Both the position numbers and the translations under genes were made by a program. DNA of 64,000 nt from Nitrosopumilus sp. GTDB lineage: Archaea > Thermoproteota > Nitrososphaeria > Nitrososphaerales > Nitrosopumilaceae. Below, piece after piece: positions 32,400 to 42,277 of this stretch. Where the stretch lies: positions 992,001 through 1,056,000 of the forward strand of contig CBDBGZ010000009.1 in the NCBI GenBank assembly GCA_965205425.1. Reading direction: 5' to 3'. The stretch's first letter is position 1. Every line of letters begins with the position of its first letter. The notes beneath the pieces were generated by a model. The model did no database searches. It was not told the DNA's origin and saw nothing but the letters and a program-made list of their open reading frames with translations.

Positions 32400-33332
32400 A
32401 TGGGATTTGAAGATTCTGTACTAATTTGTGATGAAGTAGATCCTATATTGAATAAAATTTTGGTTGATAATGGCCTAAAAGTTTCATATGAACCGGAAAT
32501 TACTAAAGAACAAATCATTGAAAAGATTTCTACTTTCAACATTGTAATTGTTAGAAGCAGAACTACCATCACAAAAGAGATGATAGAGAAGGCTGATAAT
32601 TGTAAAATCATTGCTCGTGTTGGAGTTGGATTAGATAATGTTGATCAAGAAGCTGCAAAGGCAAAAGATATTCGTGTAATCAATGCAGTTGAAGGAGCAA
32701 TGAATGCTGTTGCAGAATTAGTTTTAGGTTTAATGTTATCTTTAGCAAGACAAACTGCAAGAGGTGATAGAGCAATAAGAAATGAGCAATGGCTCAAAAA
32801 AGAACTCAAGGGAACAGAACTTCGAGGAAAATATTTGGGAATTATAGGTTTAGGAAATATTGGAAAACGATTAGGAAGACTTGCTCGTGCATTAAATATG
32901 AATATTATTGGTTATGATGTAATGCCAATTGATGAGGAGTTTGCAAAAGAAGTTGGTTTGATGAAAGCTGACTTGAATACATTGTTACAAAGTTCTGATT
33001 ACATTTCTATCCATGTCCCACTTTTAGATTCTACATACCATCTTTTAGATGCAGAAAAAATGTCTACAATGAAAAAGACTGCAAAAATTATCAATACTTC
33101 TAGAGGCGGTGTTGTTGATGAAGATGCTCTTTACAATGCTCTCAAGGATGGCTCATTGGGAGGTGCTGCATTAGATGTATTTGAAAAAGAACCTGCTATT
33201 GGAACAAAATTAGCTGAATTGGACAATGTAATTTTGACTCCCCACATTGGTGCACAAACTAAAGAGGCTCAATCTTTGGTTGCTAATGTAATTGCTGAAA
33301 AGATTATTCAGATTCTTCGTGGCGTAATCTAG
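32400..33332 (+). CDS. serA: D-2-hydroxyacid dehydrogenase (SerA-like phosphoglycerate dehydrogenase)
   Basis: RVGVGLDNVD, GLGNIG, INTSRG, TPHIGA. Confidence 0.8.
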   Translation: MGFEDSVLICDEVDPILNKILVDNGLKVSYEPEITKEQIIEKISTFNIVIVRSRTTITKEMIEKADNCKIIARVGVGLDNVDQEAAKAKDIRVINAVEGAMNAVAELVLGLMLSLARQTARGDRAIRNEQWLKKELKGTELRGKYLGIIGLGNIGKRLGRLARALNMNIIGYDVMPIDEEFAKEVGLMKADLNTLLQSSDYISIHVPLLDSTYHLLDAEKMSTMKKTAKIINTSRGGVVDEDALYNALKDGSLGGAALDVFEKEPAIGTKLAELDNVILTPHIGAQTKEAQSLVANVIAEKIIQILRGVI

Positions 33333-33438
33333 TAGAATTTCTGCCTGAACTTTAAAAATAAGTAAAAAAGCTTGACTTTTACGTGATTTATTATCGTCTC
33401 TTCATTTTTAACGTCAATTCGGAGGTCAAAATATACAA

Positions 33439-34368
33439 ATGAATAATTTTGCTGTAAGAGAATTGTATTCTGAAAAACACACACAACTCCCTAGTGTGAA
33501 TTCTCTATTGAAAATATCCCTTGGGTTAATCTTGTTTACTATGATTTCAACTGCACTAGTATATGCTGAAACAATGTCCGTTGATGTTGAAGGAAATTCT
33601 TTTGATGTTGAATATACTACAACTGAATTGACTGTTTCTGCAATTGAAGCTGATACTGAATTAACTTCTTTAATTTTAACTGTTGAAGTTCCTGATTCTA
33701 CTGGTACATTGGATATTACATTTGATAGATCTTTTTTTGATGCTACCTTTGAAGGATTAGATGATGAATTTTTAGTTTTAATAGATGCTGATTTTGCAAA
33801 TTATTCAGAAACTGAGACCACTTCTGAAAGTAGAACTTTGAGTATTGAAGCTCCTTCTGGAACTGAAGAAATTGAAATTATTGGTTATGACTTTGGTGAC
33901 TCAACAACGGTTGAAGTTTCAGACACTGTTGATGAAGATAAAGCCGCAGCAGATGCAGCAGCAGCCAAAGCCGCAGCAGATGCAGCAGCAGCCAAAGCCG
34001 CAGCAGATGCAGCAGCAGCCAAAGCCGCAGCAGATGCAGCAGCAGCCAAAGCCGCAGCAGATGCAGCAGCAGCCAAAGCCGCAGCAGATGCAGCAGCAGC
34101 CAAAGCCGCAGCAGATAATACTTCATCTACACAATGTGGACCTGGAACTATTCTCCAAGATGGAGCATGTGTCTTAGATGAAAGATGTGGACCTGGAACT
34201 ATTCTCCAAGATGGAGCATGTGTACTTGATTCTAAACCTCAACCATCTAACTCTTCTATCAAAGGGATGGGCAAAGATATGGTGATGGGAGTAATTATTG
34301 CATTTGTGGGTGCTGGTGTCGTTGGAATTGTATTTGCTTTAATTTCTAAAGCCAACAAAAGTAACTAA
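33439..34368 (+). CDS. Membrane-anchored extracellular protein with Ala-rich helical repeat and duplicated Cys motif
   Basis: Signal-like N-terminus, acidic beta domain, (KAAADAAAA)n, 2x CGPGTILQDGAC, C-terminal TM. Confidence 0.8.
   Translation: MNNFAVRELYSEKHTQLPSVNSLLKISLGLILFTMISTALVYAETMSVDVEGNSFDVEYTTTELTVSAIEADTELTSLILTVEVPDSTGTLDITFDRSFFDATFEGLDDEFLVLIDADFANYSETETTSESRTLSIEAPSGTEEIEIIGYDFGDSTTVEVSDTVDEDKAAADAAAAKAAADAAAAKAAADAAAAKAAADAAAAKAAADAAAAKAAADAAAAKAAADNTSSTQCGPGTILQDGACVLDERCGPGTILQDGACVLDSKPQPSNSSIKGMGKDMVMGVIIAFVGAGVVGIVFALISKANKSN
33940..34116 (+). repeat. Perfect 27-bp tandem repeat, about 6.5 copies
   Basis: AAAGCCGCAGCAGATGCAGCAGCAGCC x6 plus 15 nt. Confidence 0.97.
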
Positions 34369-34880
34369 TCACAAGTTAAATCTTCTGAATTCATATTTTG
34401 ATCAAAATCAAATCCTGAAATTTGTGTTGTAGTTGAATAAGGAATTATTCCTAAAATTGGCATGTCTGCCTGAACAACTACTATGAGCTTGTTGGGATCG
34501 AGTCTGATATCTCCACCATCAAACTCAAAATCTAATGTCATGAAAATATGCTGAGCTGCAGACAAATCTTCTGATGAAAATGTTCCTTCTTGTACTGTTG
34601 AGGATAGTGGGTTGATGGTTGTAGGATTTACTGTAAACACTCCTCTTTGGGTTGTATCATAAAATGTAATGACTTGTAAATTCTCAAAACTTATCCAAAA
34701 TGGCATCGGATTACAAAATTCCATGTCTCCATGATTAGACATTGTAAAAAATGTAAACTGGCCTGGATTGTTCCATCGATATTCTAATTGTTGCATTCCC
34801 ACAATACTTAATCCTGCATGTGCAAATGGAATGATAATTACTATAATTGCAATAATTGTTATGATTGAATGTTTATTCAT
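34365..34880 (-). CDS. Hypothetical membrane-anchored protein
   Basis: N-terminal TM; overlaps stop of upstream gene. Confidence 0.7.
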   Translation of the reverse strand: MNKHSIITIIAIIVIIIPFAHAGLSIVGMQQLEYRWNNPGQFTFFTMSNHGDMEFCNPMPFWISFENLQVITFYDTTQRGVFTVNPTTINPLSSTVQEGTFSSEDLSAAQHIFMTLDFEFDGGDIRLDPNKLIVVVQADMPILGIIPYSTTTQISGFDFDQNMNSEDLTCD

Positions 34881-35554
34881 ATTTCATTTTCCATTTGCAT
34901 TGGAATTCCAATGATGTTTCTTTCTAATAGATTATTTATTGCATTGGAAAAATTATCATCTGATATTGCTCCTTCTAACCACCAATGCCCTATGTTTTTT
35001 ACCCATTCTGGGATGTTTATACTGTAAACATTTTCTTGATTAATTTCAAAAGGAATATCTACTAATTTAACATCTACATATTTTTGGAATGCGTCCAAAA
35101 GGAATCCATCTGAAATATTATCTGAAAGCCAGTTGGCCATTATTGGTTTAATTAATTCTGGAATACAAATTGAATCTGATTCTATTAATTCAAATTCTGC
35201 CGAAGTATTTGCTCCTGAATATTGAATATCAATAAAATATTTTCCTAAAGGAAAAATCTCTGCTTCAAATGGAATTAATGATGGAATTGGATTTTGTAAT
35301 TCTGTGATTGATATGGGAATTGCACTACTCCCTTTGCCTGACTCATCGCTAATGTGAATAATTGCCGGATCTCCTGTTACTTCGGAAACTTGAATTGTAT
35401 AGAATAATTTTTCACAATAACTATAACTTGTTTTTTCCATAATTATGGAAACTGTTGGTTCTGCTTGGACCTGAGGCAAAAACATTATAATTCCAATTAC
35501 AAAAATCATAGAAATTATTGGTACATTTCTTTCCATATTTTTTAAAATCCCCAA
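34877..35554 (-). CDS. Secreted protein with thaumarchaeal IPxWVKN..WW..G.ISD repeat domain
   Basis: Signal peptide; IPEWVKNIGHWWLEGAISDDNF. Confidence 0.75.
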   Translation of the reverse strand: MGILKNMERNVPIISMIFVIGIIMFLPQVQAEPTVSIIMEKTSYSYCEKLFYTIQVSEVTGDPAIIHISDESGKGSSAIPISITELQNPIPSLIPFEAEIFPLGKYFIDIQYSGANTSAEFELIESDSICIPELIKPIMANWLSDNISDGFLLDAFQKYVDVKLVDIPFEINQENVYSINIPEWVKNIGHWWLEGAISDDNFSNAINNLLERNIIGIPMQMENEI

Positions 35555-35752
35555 TGTTCAATAAAAATCTCAAAGCAATACTGAGGAATCTTTTTTAATT
35601 ACTTGAGGCTATGTCATTTATCGAGTTTTCTGCGGAAGCAACTCTTTGAGCGTGTGGATTGTGACCCGCCTCAAAGAAATTTTTACTGATTAGCATTGCT
35701 TAGGTATAATTTTCGATTTACAGTTATTAAAGGGAATTTTTCTATTCTCGAT

Positions 35753-36208
35753 ATGCCTAGTTATCAAGATCAGATGTGGATCAGACTTTGGAAAGAAAAT
35801 TCTCCTGAGATACGTGAACGTGTAATTGGATGGCGTAAACAAAATGCAGTTACTCGAATTGACAAGCCTAGCCGATTACAAAGAGCTAGAAGATTAGGTT
35901 ACAAAGCCAAACAAGGCATTATTGTTGTTAGAATGAGAGTTGGTACTGGTGGTATGAGAAAACAAAGACCTACTGGTGGTAGAAGACCAAAACATCTTGG
36001 TGTTACCAGAATCAAGGCTGATGATGATATGAAAACTGTTGCAGATAGAAGAGTTCAACAAAGATATCCAAACATGAAAGTTTTAGGTTCTTACTTTGTC
36101 TATAAAGATGGAAAACATTATTGGTTTGAAGTAATCTTAACAGACCCAGATCATCCAAGAATTGCTCAAGATAAAGAATTAACCAAAAGAATTCCTAGAA
36201 CTGCATAA
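35753..36208 (+). CDS. rpl15e: 50S ribosomal protein L15e
   Basis: RARRLGYKAKQG, RYPNMKVLGSY, FEVILTDPDHP; start MPSY at 35753 behind a TTATTAAA box. Confidence 0.95.
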   Translation: MPSYQDQMWIRLWKENSPEIRERVIGWRKQNAVTRIDKPSRLQRARRLGYKAKQGIIVVRMRVGTGGMRKQRPTGGRRPKHLGVTRIKADDDMKTVADRRVQQRYPNMKVLGSYFVYKDGKHYWFEVILTDPDHPRIAQDKELTKRIPRTA

Positions 36209-36209
36209 A

Positions 36210-36767
36210 TTGAAAATTTTACTTATCATATCTATTGCATTATTTTTTGTTATCACTCCAGCTTATGGTCAAGCATTATCTGATGCCACTGGATTAGTTG
36301 AAAGATTAGATATTCAAACAGGTGGACATTCTTTTGAAGTAGAAACTGTTTCTAATTTTAATATTCCAACTTTTGAATTTGATAAAGATGAGAAAAAACT
36401 AACTCTCTACATTAGTAGTGGGTTGGAAAATAATTTAGGCGAAGTAATAATTCCACAAAATCTTCTTAGTGGCAATCTAACATTTTATCTAAATGATCAA
36501 GAATATTTGCCTCAATTAAATCGCAATGAAAAAATTTCATTTATTACGTTGAATTTTACAGGTTCTGGTGAAAATAAATTAGAAATTATTGGTACTACAT
36601 ATCTTTCTGGTTTGACTGAAATCTATCCTGATCTACCTACTCCTGATCTTTCCCCAATACCAGAATATGATTATGAATTAATCTATGTGTTCATACTCAT
36701 CATAGTTTTGATTATTGGCGGTGTTGTTGGAATAATTATTCTCACAATTAAGAGAAGAAGAAAATAA
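36210..36767 (+). CDS. Hypothetical single-pass membrane protein
   Basis: Signal peptide, beta-rich domain ending LEIIGT, C-terminal TM plus KRRRK. Confidence 0.75.
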   Translation: MKILLIISIALFFVITPAYGQALSDATGLVERLDIQTGGHSFEVETVSNFNIPTFEFDKDEKKLTLYISSGLENNLGEVIIPQNLLSGNLTFYLNDQEYLPQLNRNEKISFITLNFTGSGENKLEIIGTTYLSGLTEIYPDLPTPDLSPIPEYDYELIYVFILIIVLIIGGVVGIIILTIKRRRK

Positions 36768-36878
36768 TAGAACGAAACATATCTTAACAATTAGACTTAT
36801 CATGGATAATGCAAAAATTGCTCTTGTAAGCGGGTTTGTAATAGTTGTAGTATTGTCTATATCTCTAGTTTTGTTAAG

Positions 36879-37544
36879 TTAATTTTCATTAAGCAATTTT
36901 TGAATCATATTATCTACATGTCCTGATTGCCCAAACGAAACATCTCTGAGAATCCCTTTTCTATCTACTAAAATCATGGAAGGTGTTCCTTGAAGAGCAA
37001 ATTTCTCAAATGTTTCTGCTGAAAATTCCTTTGATTTCATGTAACTTTTCACTCTTTCAATAATTTGGTTTTTGTATTCTTCTGGTTGTGAATCAAACTC
37101 TGGAATTTGTGGATAAATAAACTCCATGATTTTCTCTTGACTTATTTCGCCAGAAGTCTTTGTAAGATTATCCATTCCTAATGGAAATGGAATTTTGTAT
37201 GATAGTTTATTTCCTTCTTGTAATTGTCCATATGATGAAAGTGCATCTTTGGTTTCTCCAATAACTTCACCTGTTTCTGCTAACATTTTCAAATTATCTA
37301 ATGTATTTTTATCAAAATCTTCAAAAGCTGTAGCAAGACCTAAGACCCGTACTCCTTCATCTTTGTATTTGTTGTAGATGTTGATTGCCTCTGGGATTGC
37401 ATTCATGAAACATCCTGGGCAATTTACTTGAAAAACTTCTAACAATACTATGTGATCATTTTCTTGATCAAAATTTGTTGGTGCTCCTTGTACCCATTCT
37501 GATACTCCAAAATTTGGTGCTTTTTCGCCTATCTTTGCACTCAT
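36879..37544 (-). CDS. Thioredoxin-fold redoxin (TlpA/AhpC-TSA-like)
   Basis: IGEKAPNF, FQVNCPGC (CxxC), GTPSMILVDRKG. Confidence 0.8.
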   Translation of the reverse strand: MSAKIGEKAPNFGVSEWVQGAPTNFDQENDHIVLLEVFQVNCPGCFMNAIPEAINIYNKYKDEGVRVLGLATAFEDFDKNTLDNLKMLAETGEVIGETKDALSSYGQLQEGNKLSYKIPFPLGMDNLTKTSGEISQEKIMEFIYPQIPEFDSQPEEYKNQIIERVKSYMKSKEFSAETFEKFALQGTPSMILVDRKGILRDVSFGQSGHVDNMIQKLLNEN

Positions 37545-37643
37545 AGTCGATTATCGGATTTTTTCCATTAAATACATATCTCAACTAATTCTTGATTTTT
37601 TCTCAAGTAACCTAATATAGGACACAAAAAATTTCAAAACAAA

Positions 37644-38132
37644 ATGCAGGTAATAACTGAAGATAGAATGGCTCTTTTCGCTGAGATGGAATCAAAATAT
37701 GAACAAAAAGATACTGAATACTTTGTTTCCCTTTTAGATCATCCTGATTATGTGGTAAGAACAAGGGTTGCGTGTATTTTGGTTGATTTTGGAGGAGAAG
37801 ATAAAGTTCCTCACATTGCTAAAGTTTTAAAAAATGATGAAAATGAACTAGTACGTCATGAAGCTGCATTTGCATTAGGACAAATGTCTTATTCTAGTGC
37901 TATTCCGCCTTTAACTGATGCAACTCTAAATGATTCTAGTATGTTTGTACGTCATGAAGCTGCAATTGCATTGGGTGTAGTTGGATCAAAAGAAGCTAAA
38001 GAATCTCTTCAAAAAGCATTAAACGATCCTGATAAACCCGTTGTGGAATCTGCCGTAGTTGCATTATCTAATATTGAATTTATGGAAAAGTTAAGTAAGA
38101 ACGAACAGTTTGCAAAGTTAACAGGTGGATGA
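37644..38132 (+). CDS. HEAT/PBS-lyase repeat protein resembling half of deoxyhypusine hydroxylase
   Basis: VRHEAAFALGQM and VRHEAAIALG repeats. Confidence 0.8.
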   Translation: MQVITEDRMALFAEMESKYEQKDTEYFVSLLDHPDYVVRTRVACILVDFGGEDKVPHIAKVLKNDENELVRHEAAFALGQMSYSSAIPPLTDATLNDSSMFVRHEAAIALGVVGSKEAKESLQKALNDPDKPVVESAVVALSNIEFMEKLSKNEQFAKLTGG

Positions 38133-38133
38133 A

Positions 38134-39072
38134 ATGAATTTTTCTTATGGTATTATTGCAATAGTTGGAGTACTAGCAGCAATTTCTATTGGTTTTATAG
38201 CAATGGAACCAAATGCGATAATTGAACCAAGAGTAGTTGCTGTTGAAGAAAAACCCGTTGCTTGTACTATGGAGTGGGATCCTATGTGTGGGGTTGATGG
38301 TAAAACTTATGGCAATATGTGTGGGTTGAATGCTGCTAATGCTAAATTAGATTATCCCGGTGAATGTATTTTTGAACCAATTTCTGTCACTTCTTACATT
38401 ATGCCCAAAACTGCTATTGTAGGTGAAACTTTACTTGTTGAAGTTGAATTTAGAGATGATGATAAGAAAATAGTTGATCACGTAAATTATGATATCTTTG
38501 CAACACAAAACGGTGAAAGTATACTTTCTGAACCTGGTTCACACAGACATCCTGGAATGCATCCTATTCATGAAACAGTAATCCTTGATGAATCTTCAAT
38601 TGAAATTTTAGTAATAATTCAAGGTTTAGGACATGGTGAAGATATCACTGAACCAAAGGGAGTTGAAAGTACTATTAGTGTAATTCCTGAACCAACACCA
38701 GAACCAACACCAGAACCAACACCAGAACCAACACCAGAACCAACACCAGAACCTGAAACTCAATCACTACCTTCAACTACAATAGTTTCAATTCCTACTG
38801 GCTCTGCTGTTCCAGGATGTGAAGATACAAACGAATGTTATTTACCTTATGAGATTACCATATCGACTGGTTCTTCTGTATCTTGGATTAATGATGATTC
38901 AGCCGCACACACTGTAACTAGTGGAACCGTTGAGGCTGGAGTAACTGGTGTCTTTGATTCAAGTTTATTCATGGCAGGTGCTGTTTACGAATTTATATTT
39001 GAAGAAGCAGGAACTTCTGATTATTTCTGTATGGTTCATCCTTGGATGATTGGCATTGTTAATGTCAACTAG
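38134..39072 (+). CDS. Membrane-anchored blue copper (cupredoxin) protein with Kazal-type domain and PEPT linker
   Basis: CTMEWDPMCGVDGKTYGNMC Kazal motif; HTVTSG...YFCMVHPWM type-1 Cu site. Confidence 0.88.
   Translation: MNFSYGIIAIVGVLAAISIGFIAMEPNAIIEPRVVAVEEKPVACTMEWDPMCGVDGKTYGNMCGLNAANAKLDYPGECIFEPISVTSYIMPKTAIVGETLLVEVEFRDDDKKIVDHVNYDIFATQNGESILSEPGSHRHPGMHPIHETVILDESSIEILVIIQGLGHGEDITEPKGVESTISVIPEPTPEPTPEPTPEPTPEPTPEPETQSLPSTTIVSIPTGSAVPGCEDTNECYLPYEITISTGSSVSWINDDSAAHTVTSGTVEAGVTGVFDSSLFMAGAVYEFIFEEAGTSDYFCMVHPWMIGIVNVN
38686..38757 (+). repeat. 12-bp tandem repeat encoding PEPT
   Basis: CCAGAACCAACA, about 5-6 copies. Confidence 0.9.
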
Positions 39073-41138
39073 AGTGTAGTAACTTTACTTCCTTGTTCTG
39101 ATGATTCAAATTTGTAAATTTGCTCTACTGTAGAATCCTCAAAGATTTCTGCATCATGAGTAATTATGAGAAATTGCATTGGTGTTTCTGAATTTGAAAT
39201 GTTTGATAATTGGGACAGCACTCCTACCAGGGATTTTTTTCTCTCTGCATCAAGATGTGTTGTGGGCTCATCTAGTATCATCAAATTCAGATTTGATGCA
39301 CCTAGAAGACTTGCCATTCCTAATCTCAAGGCTAATGCCACACTGACTTTTTCCCCTCCACTAAGTGACTCCAAATCCAATTCCTCTGTTTTTGAATTAC
39401 AAATTATTGAAATATCTCTAGCTTTTTCTGTAAGTTGAATTCTCTGAATTTTTGTATTTAGTAATGCAAGATATTCTGAAGCTTTAGCTGAGATTGCATT
39501 GAGTGCCCATGATCTTAAACTTGTAGCAACAGGACCATCTCTACTAAAAATATTATTTTGAATTTCATTAAGATTTGTAACATATTTTTTCACAATACTC
39601 AATTCTGAAATTGCATTTTCAATAACTTTGATTTGGTCATTTCCTTTAGATATTTTTTCTAAAATAGCTCCTATTTGTTGATCAATTTGTGAAAGATCCA
39701 TTTGTTTTTGATTAACCATTTTTTTAAGATTCAAAAATTCATTTTCATCAAATCCCTTGGTTTCTAATTCTAACTCTGAAATATTTTCAAAAATTATTTT
39801 TGCATGAGAATCAATTTGTGCCATTTCAATCAAATTCGTATTACCTAAAACAGGAATTTTCTGTTTTTTTGTTTTTACATCTACTTGAATTTTTTCTAAT
39901 TCTTCTTTTGAATTAATAGAATGTGCTCTAAGTGTAGCTTCTGCATCTCTTGCAGATTGTAATTTATTTGAAAAATCTTTTCTTTTTTGATTATACATCT
40001 GATGTTCTTTTTCTTTTGAAATGATTTGTTCTTGTAGTGATTCTAATTCTTGATTAAGATGTTCTTCTTGGAAAAGTGGATTTAGTTTTTCTACATTTGA
40101 ATCACAAACTGGGCATTTCTTATCTTTTAATTGGAGTTTTGATGCAAGTAGTTGTTTTTCTTTTAGAGATGCTGTCTGACTTTTCATCTCTTGAATTTTG
40201 TTTAGTGTGTCATCTACAGTTTGTTCTACTTTTTCAATTTTGGATTCTAAATCTTCTTTTAGGCTTGCAGGCTCAAAACACCCTTCACAATCACGTATTT
40301 TACGCTCATTTTCACTAATTTCACGCTGAATTTCATGAATTGCCTCTTTTGCATATTCGATGAGTTCTTTTCTTCTTGATTCTAATTGATTGATTTTTTC
40401 AATTTTTGGAGCTTCGATTTCGACTTTTTTTCTTAAATCCTCAATATCACTTTGTAATTTTTCTTGTTTTGTTTGTAGTTGATTTTTCTGTGGAGTGGCC
40501 TCTTCAATTTCTTTATGGTATATTTCTAGATCTCTTGATAATATTTCAATATGTGTATCATCGTATCCAATTTTTTTTCTAATACTTTGACGGAATTCTT
40601 TATTTACAGATTTCATTGATTCTGAAGCTACATCAAGCTTATCAATTCCTATAATTGCATTTAGTAATTCTTTAAATTCTTTAGGCTTTGCATTGATAAT
40701 TGCATTTAATTCTCCTTGTTGTACAATTGATGCTATCTTTAATTTCTCAAAATCAAGACCGATTGCTTTTTCAACTTCATGTGTCATCGATTCGCCAAAT
40801 TGTTTTCTTTCACCTGCTGCTATTTCTATTATTTCATCTCCTTTGATTTCGGAGAATTTTGCAGAAAGAGTTCCTTTACTATCTATTTTCCTTGCTGCTT
40901 CGTAATTTTTCCCATTAACTGAAAAATTAATTTTAGCAAATCCTTGGTTAGAACCTCGTTTGATAAGTCCTTTGTTTGATTTTCTTGTATGCTGTCCAAA
41001 CAATGCAAAAGTAATTGCATCAATGATACTTGATTTCCCTGCTCCGTTATGTCCTACAAAAACTGTAACTCCGTTATCAAAATCTAAATTTGTATTGGTA
41101 TGCGCTAGAAAGTCTCCTAATTCAATTGAAGTAATCAA
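39069..41138 (-). CDS. rad50: DNA double-strand break repair ATPase Rad50
   Basis: GHNGAGKSS, CPVC zinc hook, LSGGE, ILDEPT. Confidence 0.93.
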   Translation of the reverse strand: MITSIELGDFLAHTNTNLDFDNGVTVFVGHNGAGKSSIIDAITFALFGQHTRKSNKGLIKRGSNQGFAKINFSVNGKNYEAARKIDSKGTLSAKFSEIKGDEIIEIAAGERKQFGESMTHEVEKAIGLDFEKLKIASIVQQGELNAIINAKPKEFKELLNAIIGIDKLDVASESMKSVNKEFRQSIRKKIGYDDTHIEILSRDLEIYHKEIEEATPQKNQLQTKQEKLQSDIEDLRKKVEIEAPKIEKINQLESRRKELIEYAKEAIHEIQREISENERKIRDCEGCFEPASLKEDLESKIEKVEQTVDDTLNKIQEMKSQTASLKEKQLLASKLQLKDKKCPVCDSNVEKLNPLFQEEHLNQELESLQEQIISKEKEHQMYNQKRKDFSNKLQSARDAEATLRAHSINSKEELEKIQVDVKTKKQKIPVLGNTNLIEMAQIDSHAKIIFENISELELETKGFDENEFLNLKKMVNQKQMDLSQIDQQIGAILEKISKGNDQIKVIENAISELSIVKKYVTNLNEIQNNIFSRDGPVATSLRSWALNAISAKASEYLALLNTKIQRIQLTEKARDISIICNSKTEELDLESLSGGEKVSVALALRLGMASLLGASNLNLMILDEPTTHLDAERKKSLVGVLSQLSNISNSETPMQFLIITHDAEIFEDSTVEQIYKFESSEQGSKVTTL

Positions 41139-42277
41139 TGGGTTTTCTCCTTTTTGAATTTTTCAAAATTCTCTATGATGATTTCTGAGGCTTCTTCAAT
41201 TTCACCTGATGATAAAACTGGGAGAAGCTCTTTGATTGCAAAACTAGCGGCTTGCTCGGAACCCAAAATATCTACTGATAGTCTAAACATCTCATCATCG
41301 ATGATATTTGGTCTATCGAGAAATACTGAAGAATCTGACCCCTGTTTTGTGCTAATTCTCCAAAAACACCTCAAAACAATGGAATTTAGCCTTGCAATTT
41401 GCGCTTGAATGTGGTCTGTTTCGATGTTTTCTCCCTTGATGTTCACCTCTACAACAGGCTTTTTTACAAAGCCTGTAATTTTTTCAGAAATTTCATCTAT
41501 TGTTTTTGATAATTCCCCGTACTCTGTTTTGAATGCAATTTGGGGTCTTGCATCTAGTTCAATCCAATTTGGATTTGCCTCTTTTCCAGAAATGTCTACT
41601 TCAAAAAATCCTTTTTTTGTTTCTTTAATCCCTTCACTGGTTGTCATTTCTATAGAACCTGGATATGCTATTGGCCCACCTAAATGATTAAACTGCTTGA
41701 TGTCTTTATCATGAAGATGTCCCATTGCATAATATGTAAAATTTTTTGGTAAATCTGTTGATTGTAGTTCTCCTGCAAATTTGTTAAATTCTGTAATTCC
41801 TTGATGTAGAATTAAAATTTTATGACCTGAATGTTCTTTTGCAATATTATCAATTGCAGAAAACTTTTCTTCAAATTGTGAAATCTCTGCTTTTCTAATT
41901 TTATCAAATCCAGCTAAAAGAATTCCTTTGTATTCAATTGGATTCCCTTGACCAATATATTTTGAAAATTCTAAATTATGGTATACGTATGGAATTGGCG
42001 TAGTTCTAATTCTACTGATATCATGTTCTCCTAAAATAAAAAATGAATCAATATTATTTTGTTTTAATCTCTTTAATCCATTTGCCATTTGAATGATTGC
42101 TGTTCCGTTAGGATTTGGAACATGAAAAATATCTCCTGCAAAAATTACAAAATTCACATGGTCCTTTATCGATGTATCAATTGATTGATTAAACACATCA
42201 TACACGTCTTGTGCACGTTCTTCTGAACCATACTGTACTAATCCCAAATGCGTATCTGAAATATGTGAAAATAACAT
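41135..42277 (-). CDS. mre11: Mre11 nuclease
   Basis: HISDTHLG, AGDIFH, GEHD, MGHLH, YPGS. Confidence 0.92.
   Translation of the reverse strand: MLFSHISDTHLGLVQYGSEERAQDVYDVFNQSIDTSIKDHVNFVIFAGDIFHVPNPNGTAIIQMANGLKRLKQNNIDSFFILGEHDISRIRTTPIPYVYHNLEFSKYIGQGNPIEYKGILLAGFDKIRKAEISQFEEKFSAIDNIAKEHSGHKILILHQGITEFNKFAGELQSTDLPKNFTYYAMGHLHDKDIKQFNHLGGPIAYPGSIEMTTSEGIKETKKGFFEVDISGKEANPNWIELDARPQIAFKTEYGELSKTIDEISEKITGFVKKPVVEVNIKGENIETDHIQAQIARLNSIVLRCFWRISTKQGSDSSVFLDRPNIIDDEMFRLSVDILGSEQAASFAIKELLPVLSSGEIEEASEIIIENFEKFKKEKTH

Noticed and set aside
33845..34177. Q/P-rich, L-rich and A-rich ORFs (33845-34177 +, 33878-34126 -, 33885-34103 -)
   Set aside because: Alternative-frame shadows of the 27-bp repeat inside the real gene 33439-34368.
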